Assembly (NCBI GenBank): GCA_942492225.1
Contig: CALODS010000022.1
Location: forward strand, 39,727 to 103,726
Length of the DNA: 64,000 nucleotides
Origin: an uncultured Clostridia bacterium
GTDB lineage: Bacteria; Bacillota; Clostridia; Peptostreptococcales; Acidaminobacteraceae
Direction: 5' to 3'
Under the pieces are notes generated by a model, which had not been told where the DNA came from, did not search any database, and was given only the letters and a program-made list of their open reading frames with translations. The position numbers and the translations under genes were made by a program. Below are positions 1-9,165 of the stretch, in pieces (the first letter of the stretch is position 1; each line of letters starts with the position of its first letter).

Positions 1-173
1 AGTTCTGAAAGAGCTGAATTGATAACCGTTCTGCTAACTTTCATCTTTTCTTCCATCTCTCGCTCAGTCGGTAATTTCTCACCAATTTGACACTCACCAG
101 AAAGTATTTGTCTAATAAGTTCATTTTTAAAAAGCACCTTCATTGTTGGTGCAACAATTTCTTTTAATTCCAT
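1..173 (-). CDS. GntR-family transcriptional regulator, N-terminal winged-helix part only (gene runs off the left edge)
   Basis: Reverse complement from ATG at 171-173 reads MELKEIVAPTMKVLFKNELIRQILSGECQIGEKLPTEREMEEKMKVSRTVINSALSE. This carries the LPxEREL...VSRxTVxxAL signature of GntR HTH domains. GGAG lies 5 nt upstream of the ATG. The gene is absent from the ORF track because it is truncated. Confidence 0.7.
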   Translation of the reverse strand, partial: MELKEIVAPTMKVLFKNELIRQILSGECQIGEKLPTEREMEEKMKVSRTVINSALSE

Positions 174-349
174 AAACACTCCATTCTAGGTCCGACCAGA
201 ACCAATATGATCATTATATCAATTGTATCAGTCAAGTCAATAAAGTATTGTAAAATAAATAAAATAAACAGTTGTTTTCGTTTGGTTAAAGTGTTAAAAT
301 TTAAACAAATGGTGACAGGACCAAGAAATTTTAAGATGGGAGAAAAAGA

Positions 350-1021
350 ATGAGTAAAACATTTAGAGTATTAGAGATAAAAGAAAGTATATTTGAGGAT
401 AATAATCGACAAGCGGATCAGTTAAGAGATACGCTCAAAAAAGAAAAAACTTTTTTATTAAACCTTATGTCTTCTCCAGGATCAGGTAAAACGACAACAC
501 TTGTAAAAACGATTGAAGCGTTAAAAAAAGAGTTGTCTATTGGTGTCATGGAGGCAGATATTGATTCAGATGTCGATGCACATACGATAGAAAAAACAGG
601 TGCAAAAGTGATTCAATTGCATACAGGTGGCATGTGTCATTTAGATGCAGATATGACAAAACAGGGACTTGAAGGACTAGGGATCGAAGAGATAGATTGT
701 GCCATACTTGAAAATGTAGGGAACTTAGTTTGTCCAGCGGAATTTGATACAGGTGCTTCTAAGAGCGCAATGATTTTGAGTGTACCAGAAGGTGATGACA
801 AACCGCTAAAATATCCTCTCATGTTTTCAATTGTAGATGTTTTACTAATCAATAAAATAGATGTAATGGAACATTTTGATTTCAATTTAGAAGCCGCTAT
901 TGAACGGGCAGTTGCATTAAATCCATCCATAAAAATTATTCCTATTTCTGCAAGAACAGGTGAAGGAATTGAGGAATGGGCTGAATGGTTAAAAACAGAA
1001 GTGAAGGCGTGGAATAATTAA
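350..1021 (+). CDS. hypB: Hydrogenase/urease nickel-incorporation GTPase HypB
   Basis: 223 aa. It has the P-loop SSPGSGKTT, metal-site residues MCHLD and ENVGNLVCPAEFD, and the NKID specificity motif, which is the G3E-family HypB pattern. SD GGGAGA lies upstream. Confidence 0.9.
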   Translation: MSKTFRVLEIKESIFEDNNRQADQLRDTLKKEKTFLLNLMSSPGSGKTTTLVKTIEALKKELSIGVMEADIDSDVDAHTIEKTGAKVIQLHTGGMCHLDADMTKQGLEGLGIEEIDCAILENVGNLVCPAEFDTGASKSAMILSVPEGDDKPLKYPLMFSIVDVLLINKIDVMEHFDFNLEAAIERAVALNPSIKIIPISARTGEGIEEWAEWLKTEVKAWNN

Positions 1022-1042
1022 TTAGAATAAACAGGGGGAAGC

Positions 1043-3727
1043 ATGCATAATACAAAAGTACTAAATTTTGCAAATAAAATTAGTCGGGTGAAACCTGGTT
1101 CAAAATCGGCAATACAACCTGATTTTCCAGAATATAAAATATTAGAACCAATTGTGACAGAAGAAATGGCAGAGGTGGGTATTTGCCTAGAATTTCGTCA
1201 ACCTCAAAGTGCTAAAGAGGTTGCCTTATTATGTAAGAAATCAGAAGAGAAAACTGAAGAACTTCTTTGGGCATTAGCCCTTGCTGGCGCTGCAGTTATT
1301 AATACAATTGACGGTGTAGATAAATATTGGTTAGAACTTTGGGTACCGGGTCACGTAGAAATGATCGTAAATAACAAAGAAAATGTAAAAAAATATCCTC
1401 AAATAGCAAAGGCTTTTGATGAATATGGACGTCGTAAAGGACCTCTTTCAGCAGGAACTTTTCCAGTTGGGACAGGTGTTATGCGTGTCATTCCAATTGA
1501 AACTTCTATTGAAGGTAATACAAGACGTGCATCATTTGAAGAAGTTTCTAAATATTTAAATGACAATACACTTTTTTCGGTTTCAGATTGTTCTTGCAGA
1601 ACATCTAGAGAAGAAATGGGTGAAGGGTGTGGTCACCTAAAAGAGGATATGTGTATTCAAATGGGCGATGCTGCAGAATATTATATTCGTACTGGTCGAG
1701 GAAGAGAAATTTCACGTGATGAGGCATTTGAAATTATAAAACGCGCAGAAGAAAATGGTCTAATGCATAGTATTCCAAATACAGAAGGACCTGGGAAGAC
1801 ACATGCAATTTGTAATTGTTGTGGGTGTTCGTGTTATGCAGTACGAAATGCAAGTATGTATTTAAATGCAGACTTTGTGCGGTCTAATTACACTGCAGAA
1901 GTGGATATAGAAAAATGTGTTGCGTGTGGTGAATGTGTGTCGGTTTGTCCGGTGAATGCGTTGAAATTGGGCGCAAAAATTTGTTCGACGGATTCCTTAA
2001 AAGCAGTGGAAAGAGTTGATTTACCATCAAATACAATTTGGGGACCTGAATATTGGAATGTGGATTATCGTACCAATAGAGAAAATGTTGTGGCTGGTGG
2101 TACAAGTCCATGTATTACTAACTGTCCAGCACATATATCTGTACAGGGTTATATTAAATTAGCTTCTCAAGGTCGATACGCTGAAGCTTTAGAATTAATA
2201 AAGTCTGATAATCCTTTTCCAGCAATATGTGGCAGAATATGCCCTAGAAAATGCGAATCTGATTGTACGAGAGGTGATTTAGATGACCCGGTTTCAATCG
2301 ATGAAATAAAAAAATTTATTGCTGAACAGGATCTAAATGTAAAAAAACGTTATATACCTAAAATTAAAAATAACTATAATAATAAAATTGCAATTATTGG
2401 TGGTGGTCCTGCTGGCTTAACGTGTGCCTACTATCTTGCGATTGATGGCTATAAAGTAACCGTTTTTGAAAAACAAGAGGTCTTAGGTGGTATGTTAACG
2501 TTAGGTATTCCCTCTTACCGTTTAGATAAAGAGGTCGTTAAAGCCGAGATAGATATATTAAAAGAGATTGGTGTAACGTTTAAGACGGGTATAGAAGTAG
2601 GTAAAGATGTGAGTCTTAACCAGTTAAGAGAAGACGGTTATGAAGCGTTTTTCTTAGCAATCGGTGCCCAAAAGGGGAGAGCGATTGGTATAGAGGGGGA
2701 GGCTTCAGAAGGTGTAATAACGGGCGTAGATTTCTTAAGAAATATTAATCTTGGAAAAGAGATAGCTCTAGATGGAAATACGGTGGTTATCGGTGGTGGT
2801 AATGTAGCCATTGATGTTGCTAGAACAGCCGTAAGAATTGGCGAAAACACTGTAGAGATGTATTGCTTAGAGAATGAAAAAGAAATGCCTGCATTGCAAG
2901 AGGAAATCGATGAAGCACTTGCTGAAGATGTAAAAATAAATAATGCGTGGGGGCCAAAACGTATTCTCCATGAAGACGGCCGTGTAACAGGTATAGAATT
3001 CAAAAAGTGTTTATCGGTTTTTGATATGAGTGGACGATTTAATCCAATCTATCATGATACAGAGACAAAAATAGTTAAAACGAATAATATCATTGTTACA
3101 GTAGGACAAGGTATGGAATGGGGAGCCTTATTAGAGGGTAGTCAGATTGAATTGAATCCGAATAAGACAGTAAAAGTTGATGCTTTTACATTACAAACTG
3201 GAGAAGCAGATGTTTTTGCAGGTGGTGATGCAACGACTGGACCTTATTTTGCTATAGATGCAATTGCGCTTGGTAAGGAAGGAGCAATTTCTATTCATCG
3301 CTATGTTCAACGCGGTCAAAGTTTAGTTATTGGAAGAGATAGAAAAGCGTATCATGTTTTCAATAGAGACAACCTTGATTTACAAGGGTACGATAGAATA
3401 CCAAGACAAGCAATTAGCCATGTGGATGGTTCAAAAGCGAAAATGACATTTAAGGATTTACGCACAACTTTTACAGAAGACCAAATTAAGAAAGAAACAC
3501 AGAGATGTTTAGGCTGTGGTGCAACATCTACAGATGAATATATGTGTATTGGCTGTGGCGCTTGTACAACGCGATGTAAATTTGAAGCGATTTCATTAAA
3601 GAAGATTTATGAAGCAGAGACCGTTCCATTTGATGACCTGAAGAAAGTCGTTGTTAAAAATGTGATTAAAAGAAAAGGCCGAATCGTATCACATAGTATT
3701 AAGAAAAAGTTGAAAGGTAAAAAATAG
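1043..3727 (+). CDS. Multidomain Fe-S flavoprotein oxidoreductase (GltD/NfnB-like NAD(P)H-dependent core with extra Cys-rich and ferredoxin modules); substrate unknown
   Basis: 894 aa, SD AGGGGGAAG. Modules in order: a Cys-rich N-terminal module (DCSCR..GCGH..DMC and ICNCCGCSC), then the ferredoxin motif CVACGECVSVCP. Next is a GltD-type Fe-S domain (CPAH...ICGRICPRKCESDCTRG) and two dinucleotide folds (IAIIGGGPAGLTCAYYL, VVIGGGNVAIDVAR). The C-terminus has CLGCG...CIGCGACTTRC. Confidence 0.8.
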   Translation: MHNTKVLNFANKISRVKPGSKSAIQPDFPEYKILEPIVTEEMAEVGICLEFRQPQSAKEVALLCKKSEEKTEELLWALALAGAAVINTIDGVDKYWLELWVPGHVEMIVNNKENVKKYPQIAKAFDEYGRRKGPLSAGTFPVGTGVMRVIPIETSIEGNTRRASFEEVSKYLNDNTLFSVSDCSCRTSREEMGEGCGHLKEDMCIQMGDAAEYYIRTGRGREISRDEAFEIIKRAEENGLMHSIPNTEGPGKTHAICNCCGCSCYAVRNASMYLNADFVRSNYTAEVDIEKCVACGECVSVCPVNALKLGAKICSTDSLKAVERVDLPSNTIWGPEYWNVDYRTNRENVVAGGTSPCITNCPAHISVQGYIKLASQGRYAEALELIKSDNPFPAICGRICPRKCESDCTRGDLDDPVSIDEIKKFIAEQDLNVKKRYIPKIKNNYNNKIAIIGGGPAGLTCAYYLAIDGYKVTVFEKQEVLGGMLTLGIPSYRLDKEVVKAEIDILKEIGVTFKTGIEVGKDVSLNQLREDGYEAFFLAIGAQKGRAIGIEGEASEGVITGVDFLRNINLGKEIALDGNTVVIGGGNVAIDVARTAVRIGENTVEMYCLENEKEMPALQEEIDEALAEDVKINNAWGPKRILHEDGRVTGIEFKKCLSVFDMSGRFNPIYHDTETKIVKTNNIIVTVGQGMEWGALLEGSQIELNPNKTVKVDAFTLQTGEADVFAGGDATTGPYFAIDAIALGKEGAISIHRYVQRGQSLVIGRDRKAYHVFNRDNLDLQGYDRIPRQAISHVDGSKAKMTFKDLRTTFTEDQIKKETQRCLGCGATSTDEYMCIGCGACTTRCKFEAISLKKIYEAETVPFDDLKKVVVKNVIKRKGRIVSHSIKKKLKGKK

Positions 3728-3737
3728 GGTGTATTAA

Positions 3738-4079
3738 GTGCATGAATTAGGTATTGTATTAGAAGTCGTAAAAACTGTGGAGAATTTTGCGATTGAAAAT
3801 CAGGTTACAACGATTGACAAATTGGTGCTACAAATTGGAGAACTTTCCTCTATGATACCACGTTATGTTGAAGCCTGTTATCCATGTGCAGTTGAAGGGA
3901 CATTGCTAGAAGACACAACTTTGGAGATTGAAATCTTGCCTGGAAATGGGCTTTGTAATCAGTGTGCCACTGTATTTAACTTAATTGCAAATGACAATGT
4001 ATGTCCTAAGTGCAAAAGTCAAAACTGGACGGTATTGTCTGGAAAAGAGTTTATGATAAAGGAAATTGTTGCTTGTTAA
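3738..4079 (+). CDS. hypA: Hydrogenase nickel-incorporation metallochaperone HypA
   Basis: 113 aa. A GTG start gives the canonical MHE Ni-binding N-terminus. There is a Zn ribbon CNQC...CPKC. SD AGGGTG lies 6 nt upstream. Confidence 0.9.
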   Translation: MHELGIVLEVVKTVENFAIENQVTTIDKLVLQIGELSSMIPRYVEACYPCAVEGTLLEDTTLEIEILPGNGLCNQCATVFNLIANDNVCPKCKSQNWTVLSGKEFMIKEIVAC

Positions 4080-4084
4080 AAAAG

Positions 4085-4125
4085 GAAAGATGTTCACCGT
4101 AAAAAGGGGAACATCTTTCTTTTTA
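4085..4125. terminator. Bidirectional intrinsic terminator between hypA (+) and the carboxypeptidase gene (-)
   Basis: Perfect 11-bp stem GAAAGATGTTC (4085-4095) / GAACATCTTTC (4109-4119). It is flanked by an A-run upstream and TTTTTA downstream. Confidence 0.85.
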
Positions 4126-5463
4126 TAATTTGAAAGAATTTTTTCTTTTTTTTCTTTTGCGCTCAATTTTTCGTTTTTGCATATTTACAATAGTCATAAT
4201 AAACCGCCAAATAAAAATAGCACCTAAAAATTTCAAAATTATAAAACCTATGCGTATATATAAGGGCTTCTTTGGCTCGCTAATAAAATTTTTAGTGTCT
4301 TTTACAAACATTTCTTTGTCACTGATGCTTGTAGAAGCAACTAATTCTGTTGAACCAATTGTCTCACCATTTGATATATACTCTAAAATTGCTAGTACTT
4401 CACCTTCTTGAATCGGTAACTCAATGCCTTCATTTAGAACAAGATTTTGTTCAGCATCTAACAGTGTGTCACCTTTAACTTTATAACTTTTAACGGTATT
4501 TTTTGCGATTAGATCGACTTTATTTTCTTTCTCGTTGTTTAAATCGTATGTAACAACGAAATCTCCCGCTTCAATTAACGTTTCTGATTCTATTTCGTAT
4601 AGTCCAAAGTCTAAAAGTGTACGTGCGTCGGAATAAATACTATTGGCATCAGAATTTAAGATAACAGAAAGCATTTCTTTGTCACTGTCTTTTGCTGAAG
4701 CAATTATACATTGTTGTGCTTTAGTGGTGTAGCCAGTTTTGATGCCTGTAACAATATTGTATTTAATATTTATTGTTTTGCCTTTATAATTCATTTTGTA
4801 TTTTGAGCCTTCGGCCCAAAGTAATTTGTTGCTATTGTTATAAACGCGAATTTCTGGTTGCTTATTTGTAGGGGCGATGGTAAGTTTTGATTTTTTGACG
4901 ATATCTCTGAACTCAGGTAGGGTCATTGCATATGATGCTATAAGACCCATATCTTTTGCAGTTGTAATATGTGCATCGTCATGTAATCCATTTGGGTTAA
5001 CAAAATTTGAGTTTGTTGCACCAATACTTGCAGCTTTTTCATTCATAGCATTAGAAAAGGCTTCAATGCTTCCGGAGTGAAAAATTGCTAATGCTGATGC
5101 TGCATCATTTGCAGATTTCACTAACATGGCATTGAGTAATTGGTTAACGGTTAATTGTTCACCAGGCGTCAAATACATTTTGCTTCCATCTGCAAACGGT
5201 GATTTATCATCAATAGTTACAGTATCTTCTAAGTTTAAATCTTCTAATACCAATATAGCGGTTAATACTTTGGTTAAACTGGCGGGGTACATTGCTTTAT
5301 CAGGATTTTTGCCATAAATAACTTCACCAGTTGTTAAATCCATTAATATGCCAGCTTCTGCTTTAATACCATATTGTGGGGCTAGTGCAAAGCTAAATGA
5401 ATTAAATAATAATATGTAAATCAAACCCAAAAGAATAGTGCGATTTGCCAATTTTTTTTTCAT
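4123..5463 (-). CDS. D-alanyl-D-alanine carboxypeptidase (PBP5/DacB-type serine peptidase S11)
   Basis: 446 aa. It has a hydrophobic N-terminus and the SxxK (SLTK), SxN (SAND) and KTG (KTGYT) motifs. The C-terminus has a TM helix followed by a polybasic tail. Confidence 0.9.
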   Translation of the reverse strand: MKKKLANRTILLGLIYILLFNSFSFALAPQYGIKAEAGILMDLTTGEVIYGKNPDKAMYPASLTKVLTAILVLEDLNLEDTVTIDDKSPFADGSKMYLTPGEQLTVNQLLNAMLVKSANDAASALAIFHSGSIEAFSNAMNEKAASIGATNSNFVNPNGLHDDAHITTAKDMGLIASYAMTLPEFRDIVKKSKLTIAPTNKQPEIRVYNNSNKLLWAEGSKYKMNYKGKTINIKYNIVTGIKTGYTTKAQQCIIASAKDSDKEMLSVILNSDANSIYSDARTLLDFGLYEIESETLIEAGDFVVTYDLNNEKENKVDLIAKNTVKSYKVKGDTLLDAEQNLVLNEGIELPIQEGEVLAILEYISNGETIGSTELVASTSISDKEMFVKDTKNFISEPKKPLYIRIGFIILKFLGAIFIWRFIMTIVNMQKRKIERKRKKRKNSFKL

Positions 5464-5553
5464 AATTATGCTCCTTAATTTACCTTATTGCATTTATTAT
5501 AGCATTGGCAACAGATAGATGGAATAGATTGCATGAGATTTCCCTCAATATTC

Positions 5554-5599
5554 AAAAAAATAAAAAAATAAGCGCTATGTTGTTAACAACATAGCGCTT
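5554..5599 (-). terminator. Intrinsic terminator downstream of the 5'-nucleotidase gene
   Basis: 30-nt perfect palindrome AAGCGCTATGTTGTTAACAACATAGCGCTT (5570-5599). On the minus strand it is followed by a long T-run (plus-strand A-run 5554-5569). Confidence 0.85.
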
Positions 5600-5623
5600 A
5601 ATGTATAGACTAATGGAATAATA

Positions 5624-7282
5624 TTATTGTGCTGGTACTGTCAATACTTGACCAGGCATAATCATATTTGGGTTAGCTAAATTATTTGTTTTAGCTAAAT
5701 CTTCCCAAGTCGTGTTAAATGTTTTCGCAATTTTCCAAAGGAAATCACCCGATTTTACAGTATAAGTTTGTTCTTTCACTTCAATAGTCGTAACTCTCGT
5801 AAGTGCAGGTAATTTAGAAGTGTCAACAACATTTAAGTAGTCGATTAACGCTTCATCAAGTGCAGCGAATTCACCTTTGATAGAGTAGTCAGCAAACATA
5901 GTGTAACCATCTCCACCTGCAGCCATAAAGTTATTAGTTGCTAACGTATATGTTTTGTTCATGTCTAAAGTTATACCATCCATTGTAAGTGCTGTTACTC
6001 TTGCGCCAGCTGGTAAGTTAGCATCGATTGTATAGCTAATTCCGGCAACGTGAGGGAATGCTCCTTTAGTACCTGGGTAACTATCAACACCATTTTCGAT
6101 AGCAGCTTTAATATCCGAGCCTTTTACATCCTTAGTAACAATATAGTTACTAAAAGGTAAAACTGTAATAACGTCACCCTTAGTAATGTCACCAACTTGG
6201 ATAGAAGCTCTAATACCACCACCATTAGTTAATGCGATATCTGCACCTGTTTCATAAAGCATAGCGTCAGCAATTAAGTTACCTAAATTTGTTTCGCCAG
6301 CTCTTACTTGATCTCTTTCACCGTCTAAAACAGTTTTTGTAGATGATAAAACTACTGACGTGATTTTAGATTGCTCAGCTTTGATATCATCAATAAGAGC
6401 AGTTATAACAGCGTCACCTTCTTTATCAGCAGAATCTTCTTTTGTGTAGTGAGAAGCAGTTTTAGAAATTACTTTTCCATCTTCAACAGTTAAGTTGATG
6501 ATACCAACATTCTTAGTATATTCACCTGTTTGTGCAATAAGAACACCATTAACAAGTAATCCTTCTGGTAAGTCAGAATGTGAGTGACCATCAATAATAA
6601 TGTCCAATTCTGGAACTGCGTTAGCAAGATCTGACGACTTGACAAGTGTTTCATCGTCTAAACCGATATGTGTTAAAGCAACAAGAACATCTGCCTTGCC
6701 GTCTAATTCTTTAACCATAGCTTTAGCTGTTTCAATTGGATCTTCAAATGTAAGACCTTTTACATTATCAGGGTGTGTTTTATAAACAGTTTCAGGTGAT
6801 GAGATACCAAAAATTGCAACTTTTACACCATCAAATTCTTTGATAACGTATTCACCAAGCAATGGAGAACCATCAGCTTTTTTTACATTGGCTCCAAGTA
6901 TAGGGAATGTCGCATCTTTTGATAATTCTACTAAATGCTCTGAACCATAGTTGAAATCATGGTTACCAGCAGTCATAGCATCATACTTCATAGCATTCAT
7001 AATCTTTAAAGTGCTTGCGCCTTCTTCAAGTGTCGCAAATGTTGTACCGTGTAAAATATCCCCACCATCTAACAATAGTGTGTTTGGATTTTCAGCTCTA
7101 ACGGCATTGACTTTTTCTGCAACCTTTGCAAAACCCATTCCATCATATTTTCCTTCATCAATTTTAGAATGTGTGTCGTTGGTATGTAGAATAGTAATTG
7201 AAGTGCCTGTTTCTGCAGCAAATGATCCAAAAGAGAATACAACTGCTAAGACTAAGATTAAACTTAGTATTTTCTTGTTCAT
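5624..7282 (-). CDS. Secreted bifunctional metallophosphatase/5'-nucleotidase with C-terminal LysM cell-wall-binding domain
   Basis: 552 aa with a signal peptide. Metallophosphatase motifs HTNDTHS, GGDILHG, GNHDF and GHSH are present. The C-terminal LysM reads YTVKSGDFLWKIAK...GQVLTVP. Confidence 0.9.
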   Translation of the reverse strand: MNKKILSLILVLAVVFSFGSFAAETGTSITILHTNDTHSKIDEGKYDGMGFAKVAEKVNAVRAENPNTLLLDGGDILHGTTFATLEEGASTLKIMNAMKYDAMTAGNHDFNYGSEHLVELSKDATFPILGANVKKADGSPLLGEYVIKEFDGVKVAIFGISSPETVYKTHPDNVKGLTFEDPIETAKAMVKELDGKADVLVALTHIGLDDETLVKSSDLANAVPELDIIIDGHSHSDLPEGLLVNGVLIAQTGEYTKNVGIINLTVEDGKVISKTASHYTKEDSADKEGDAVITALIDDIKAEQSKITSVVLSSTKTVLDGERDQVRAGETNLGNLIADAMLYETGADIALTNGGGIRASIQVGDITKGDVITVLPFSNYIVTKDVKGSDIKAAIENGVDSYPGTKGAFPHVAGISYTIDANLPAGARVTALTMDGITLDMNKTYTLATNNFMAAGGDGYTMFADYSIKGEFAALDEALIDYLNVVDTSKLPALTRVTTIEVKEQTYTVKSGDFLWKIAKTFNTTWEDLAKTNNLANPNMIMPGQVLTVPAQ

Positions 7283-7441
7283 AAAAGTCCCTCCTAAATA
7301 AATAATAATCTATACTCTTTCATTTTAACGTACAAGCGTACATTTTTAAATATGAAAATGTAACAAATATTCGAAATATTTGATTCGACAAAACCATTAT
7401 TTGTAAAAATAGGGTATAATGCTCTTAAAGGGGTGGTTGAA

Positions 7442-8017
7442 ATGAGCTATATTAACAAATACAAAAAAATACTTACGTTGTTGGGTTCAATATTACTAAT
7501 TGTTGTTGCATTTAAATTTTCATCGGTAGGTGAAGCAAGTGGAGAAGTTGAAATTAAGCTTGAAATGGATAATCTTATCAATAATCAAATTAAAGTGCAT
7601 GTTGTTGGCGCTGTCGTGAATGAAGGTGTTTATGAGCTTGAAGAAGGTAAACGGGTTGAAGATGCAATTGAAATGGCGGGTGGTTTGTCTGAAGAAGGGA
7701 ATAGTGAATTGTTAAATTATGCACGTGTATTAAAAGATGGCGAAAAAATTACTGTTTTAAAGAAAATAAAATTGACAGAAGATGCGATTGAAAACAATCA
7801 GTCTATTGTTACAAATGCTGAATATACTTTACTCGAAAAAATAAATTATATGACTGCTGAAGATTTTGAAACCATACCAGGCATTGGAACAGTTATTAGT
7901 GGAGAAATAATTAAACTTAGAGAATCTAAAGGACAATTTTCTGATGTAGAAGAATTACAAGAAGTTTCTGGTATTGGTCAGTCAAAATTAACGAAAATCA
8001 TAGAATTTTTGCAATAA
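7442..8017 (+). CDS. comEA: Competence protein ComEA (membrane-anchored helix-hairpin-helix DNA receptor)
   Basis: It has an N-terminal TM helix and an SLBB-like segment (IKVHVVGAVVNEGVYEL). The C-terminus has tandem HhH motifs (IPGIGTVISGEII, VSGIGQSKL). ATG 7442 behind AAAGGGGTGG is preferred over the ORF-track GTG at 7433. Confidence 0.85.
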   Translation: MSYINKYKKILTLLGSILLIVVAFKFSSVGEASGEVEIKLEMDNLINNQIKVHVVGAVVNEGVYELEEGKRVEDAIEMAGGLSEEGNSELLNYARVLKDGEKITVLKKIKLTEDAIENNQSIVTNAEYTLLEKINYMTAEDFETIPGIGTVISGEIIKLRESKGQFSDVEELQEVSGIGQSKLTKIIEFLQ

Positions 8018-8113
8018 AAGGAATAGCTTGATATGGTATTTTTGTTTTAGTTAAAGAATGATATAATACATCCGTAGATGTCAGAAATGACATTGATAGC
8101 TGAAAGGGTGAAT

Positions 8114-9157
8114 ATGATGAAAACTAAAATTAAATTAACAGAATACAGTAAGACTTCTGGTTGAGCTGCAAAAATTGGTCCAGAGACCCTTTCTCAAGTT
8201 TTGGGAAAGTTACCTAAATTCCATAGTGATAAATTACTTGTAGGATTAGATACTGCTGATGATGCGGCGGTTTACAAATTAGATGAAGAAAAAGCTATTA
8301 TACAAACACTAGATTTCTTTACGCCTATCGTAGATGACCCTAGAGATTTTGGTCGTATAGCTGCTGCGAATTCCCTGAGTGATGTTTATGCAATGGGTGG
8401 AGAGCCGACAATTGCACTTAATATCGTTGGGTTTCCAACATGCTTACCAATTGAAATACTTGGTGAAATATTACAAGGTGGCGCGGAAAAAGTCCAAGAA
8501 GCAGGCGCTTTGCTTGTAGGTGGTCATACAATTGAAGATGATGAACCAAAGTATGGAATGTCTGTAACCGGTTTAGTACATCCGGATAAGGTGTTGTCTA
8601 ATGCAAACGCCCAAGTTGGTGATGTACTTATTTTGACCAAACCGATTGGTATTGGTATTATGAACACCGCTATTAAAGGTGGAATGGCATCAGATGATGA
8701 AATTGCAAAGGCAATTGAAGTGATGGCCTATCTAAATAAAGATGCAGCAGATGGGATGAAACAAGTGCATGTTAATGCTTGTACTGATATTACAGGTTTC
8801 GGTTTAATAGGTCATTTATATGAAGTTGCTAAGGCCTCAAATGTGACGATTGAATTAGAAGCTGACAAAGTTCCTGTTATAAAAGGCGCAAGAGAATATG
8901 CTGAAATGGGACTTATACCTGCAGGAATGTATAATAATAAAAGATACGTTGGCGAACAAGTTGACGTTGCGAGTAATATTGAAACAGTTGTAGAAGATTT
9001 ATTGCACGATCCTCAAACATCAGGAGGTTTGTTGATTTCACTACCCAAAGATCAAGCCGAAATTTTGATGTCAATTTATAAAAAATCATTAAAAACTGAC
9101 TATAGTATTGTCGGTCGGGTATTAACTAAAGGAGAGAAATCAATTTTAGTAAAGTAA
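8114..9157 (+). CDS. selD: Selenide, water dikinase (selenophosphate synthetase) SelD, selenocysteine-containing form; TGA at 8162-8164 read as Sec
   Basis: The ORF track begins at 8201. The same frame from ATG 8114/8117 reads MMKTKIKLTEYSKTSG-U-AAKIGPETLSQVLGKLPKF, which is the SelD active-site loop with UGA at the Cys/Sec position. The rest shows PurM-like SelD motifs (DDAAVY, DFFTPIVDDP, GGHTIED). SD GGGTG at 8106-8110. Confidence 0.9.
8162..8190 (+). promoter_or_regulatory. Candidate SECIS region for the selD UGA
   Basis: Small hairpin GGTC-CAGA-GACC (8177-8188) starts 12 nt 3' of the UGA, with possible flanking AAA/UUU pairs. It was folded by eye only and is weak. Confidence 0.4.
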
Positions 9158-9165
9158 GTAGGTGA

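Noticed and set aside
637-930. 97-aa minus-strand ORF inside hypB. Many similar antisense or internal ORFs appear in the track, for example 1884-2111, 2638-3003, 4130-4411, 6951-7301, 11785-12045, 20959-21222, 26729-26944, 38777-39034, 59602-59937 and 61176-61388.
   Set aside because: Each lies wholly inside a longer ORF on the other strand or frame that has clear family motifs. They have low-complexity or odd composition and no SD. They are typical shadow ORFs of an AT-rich genome.
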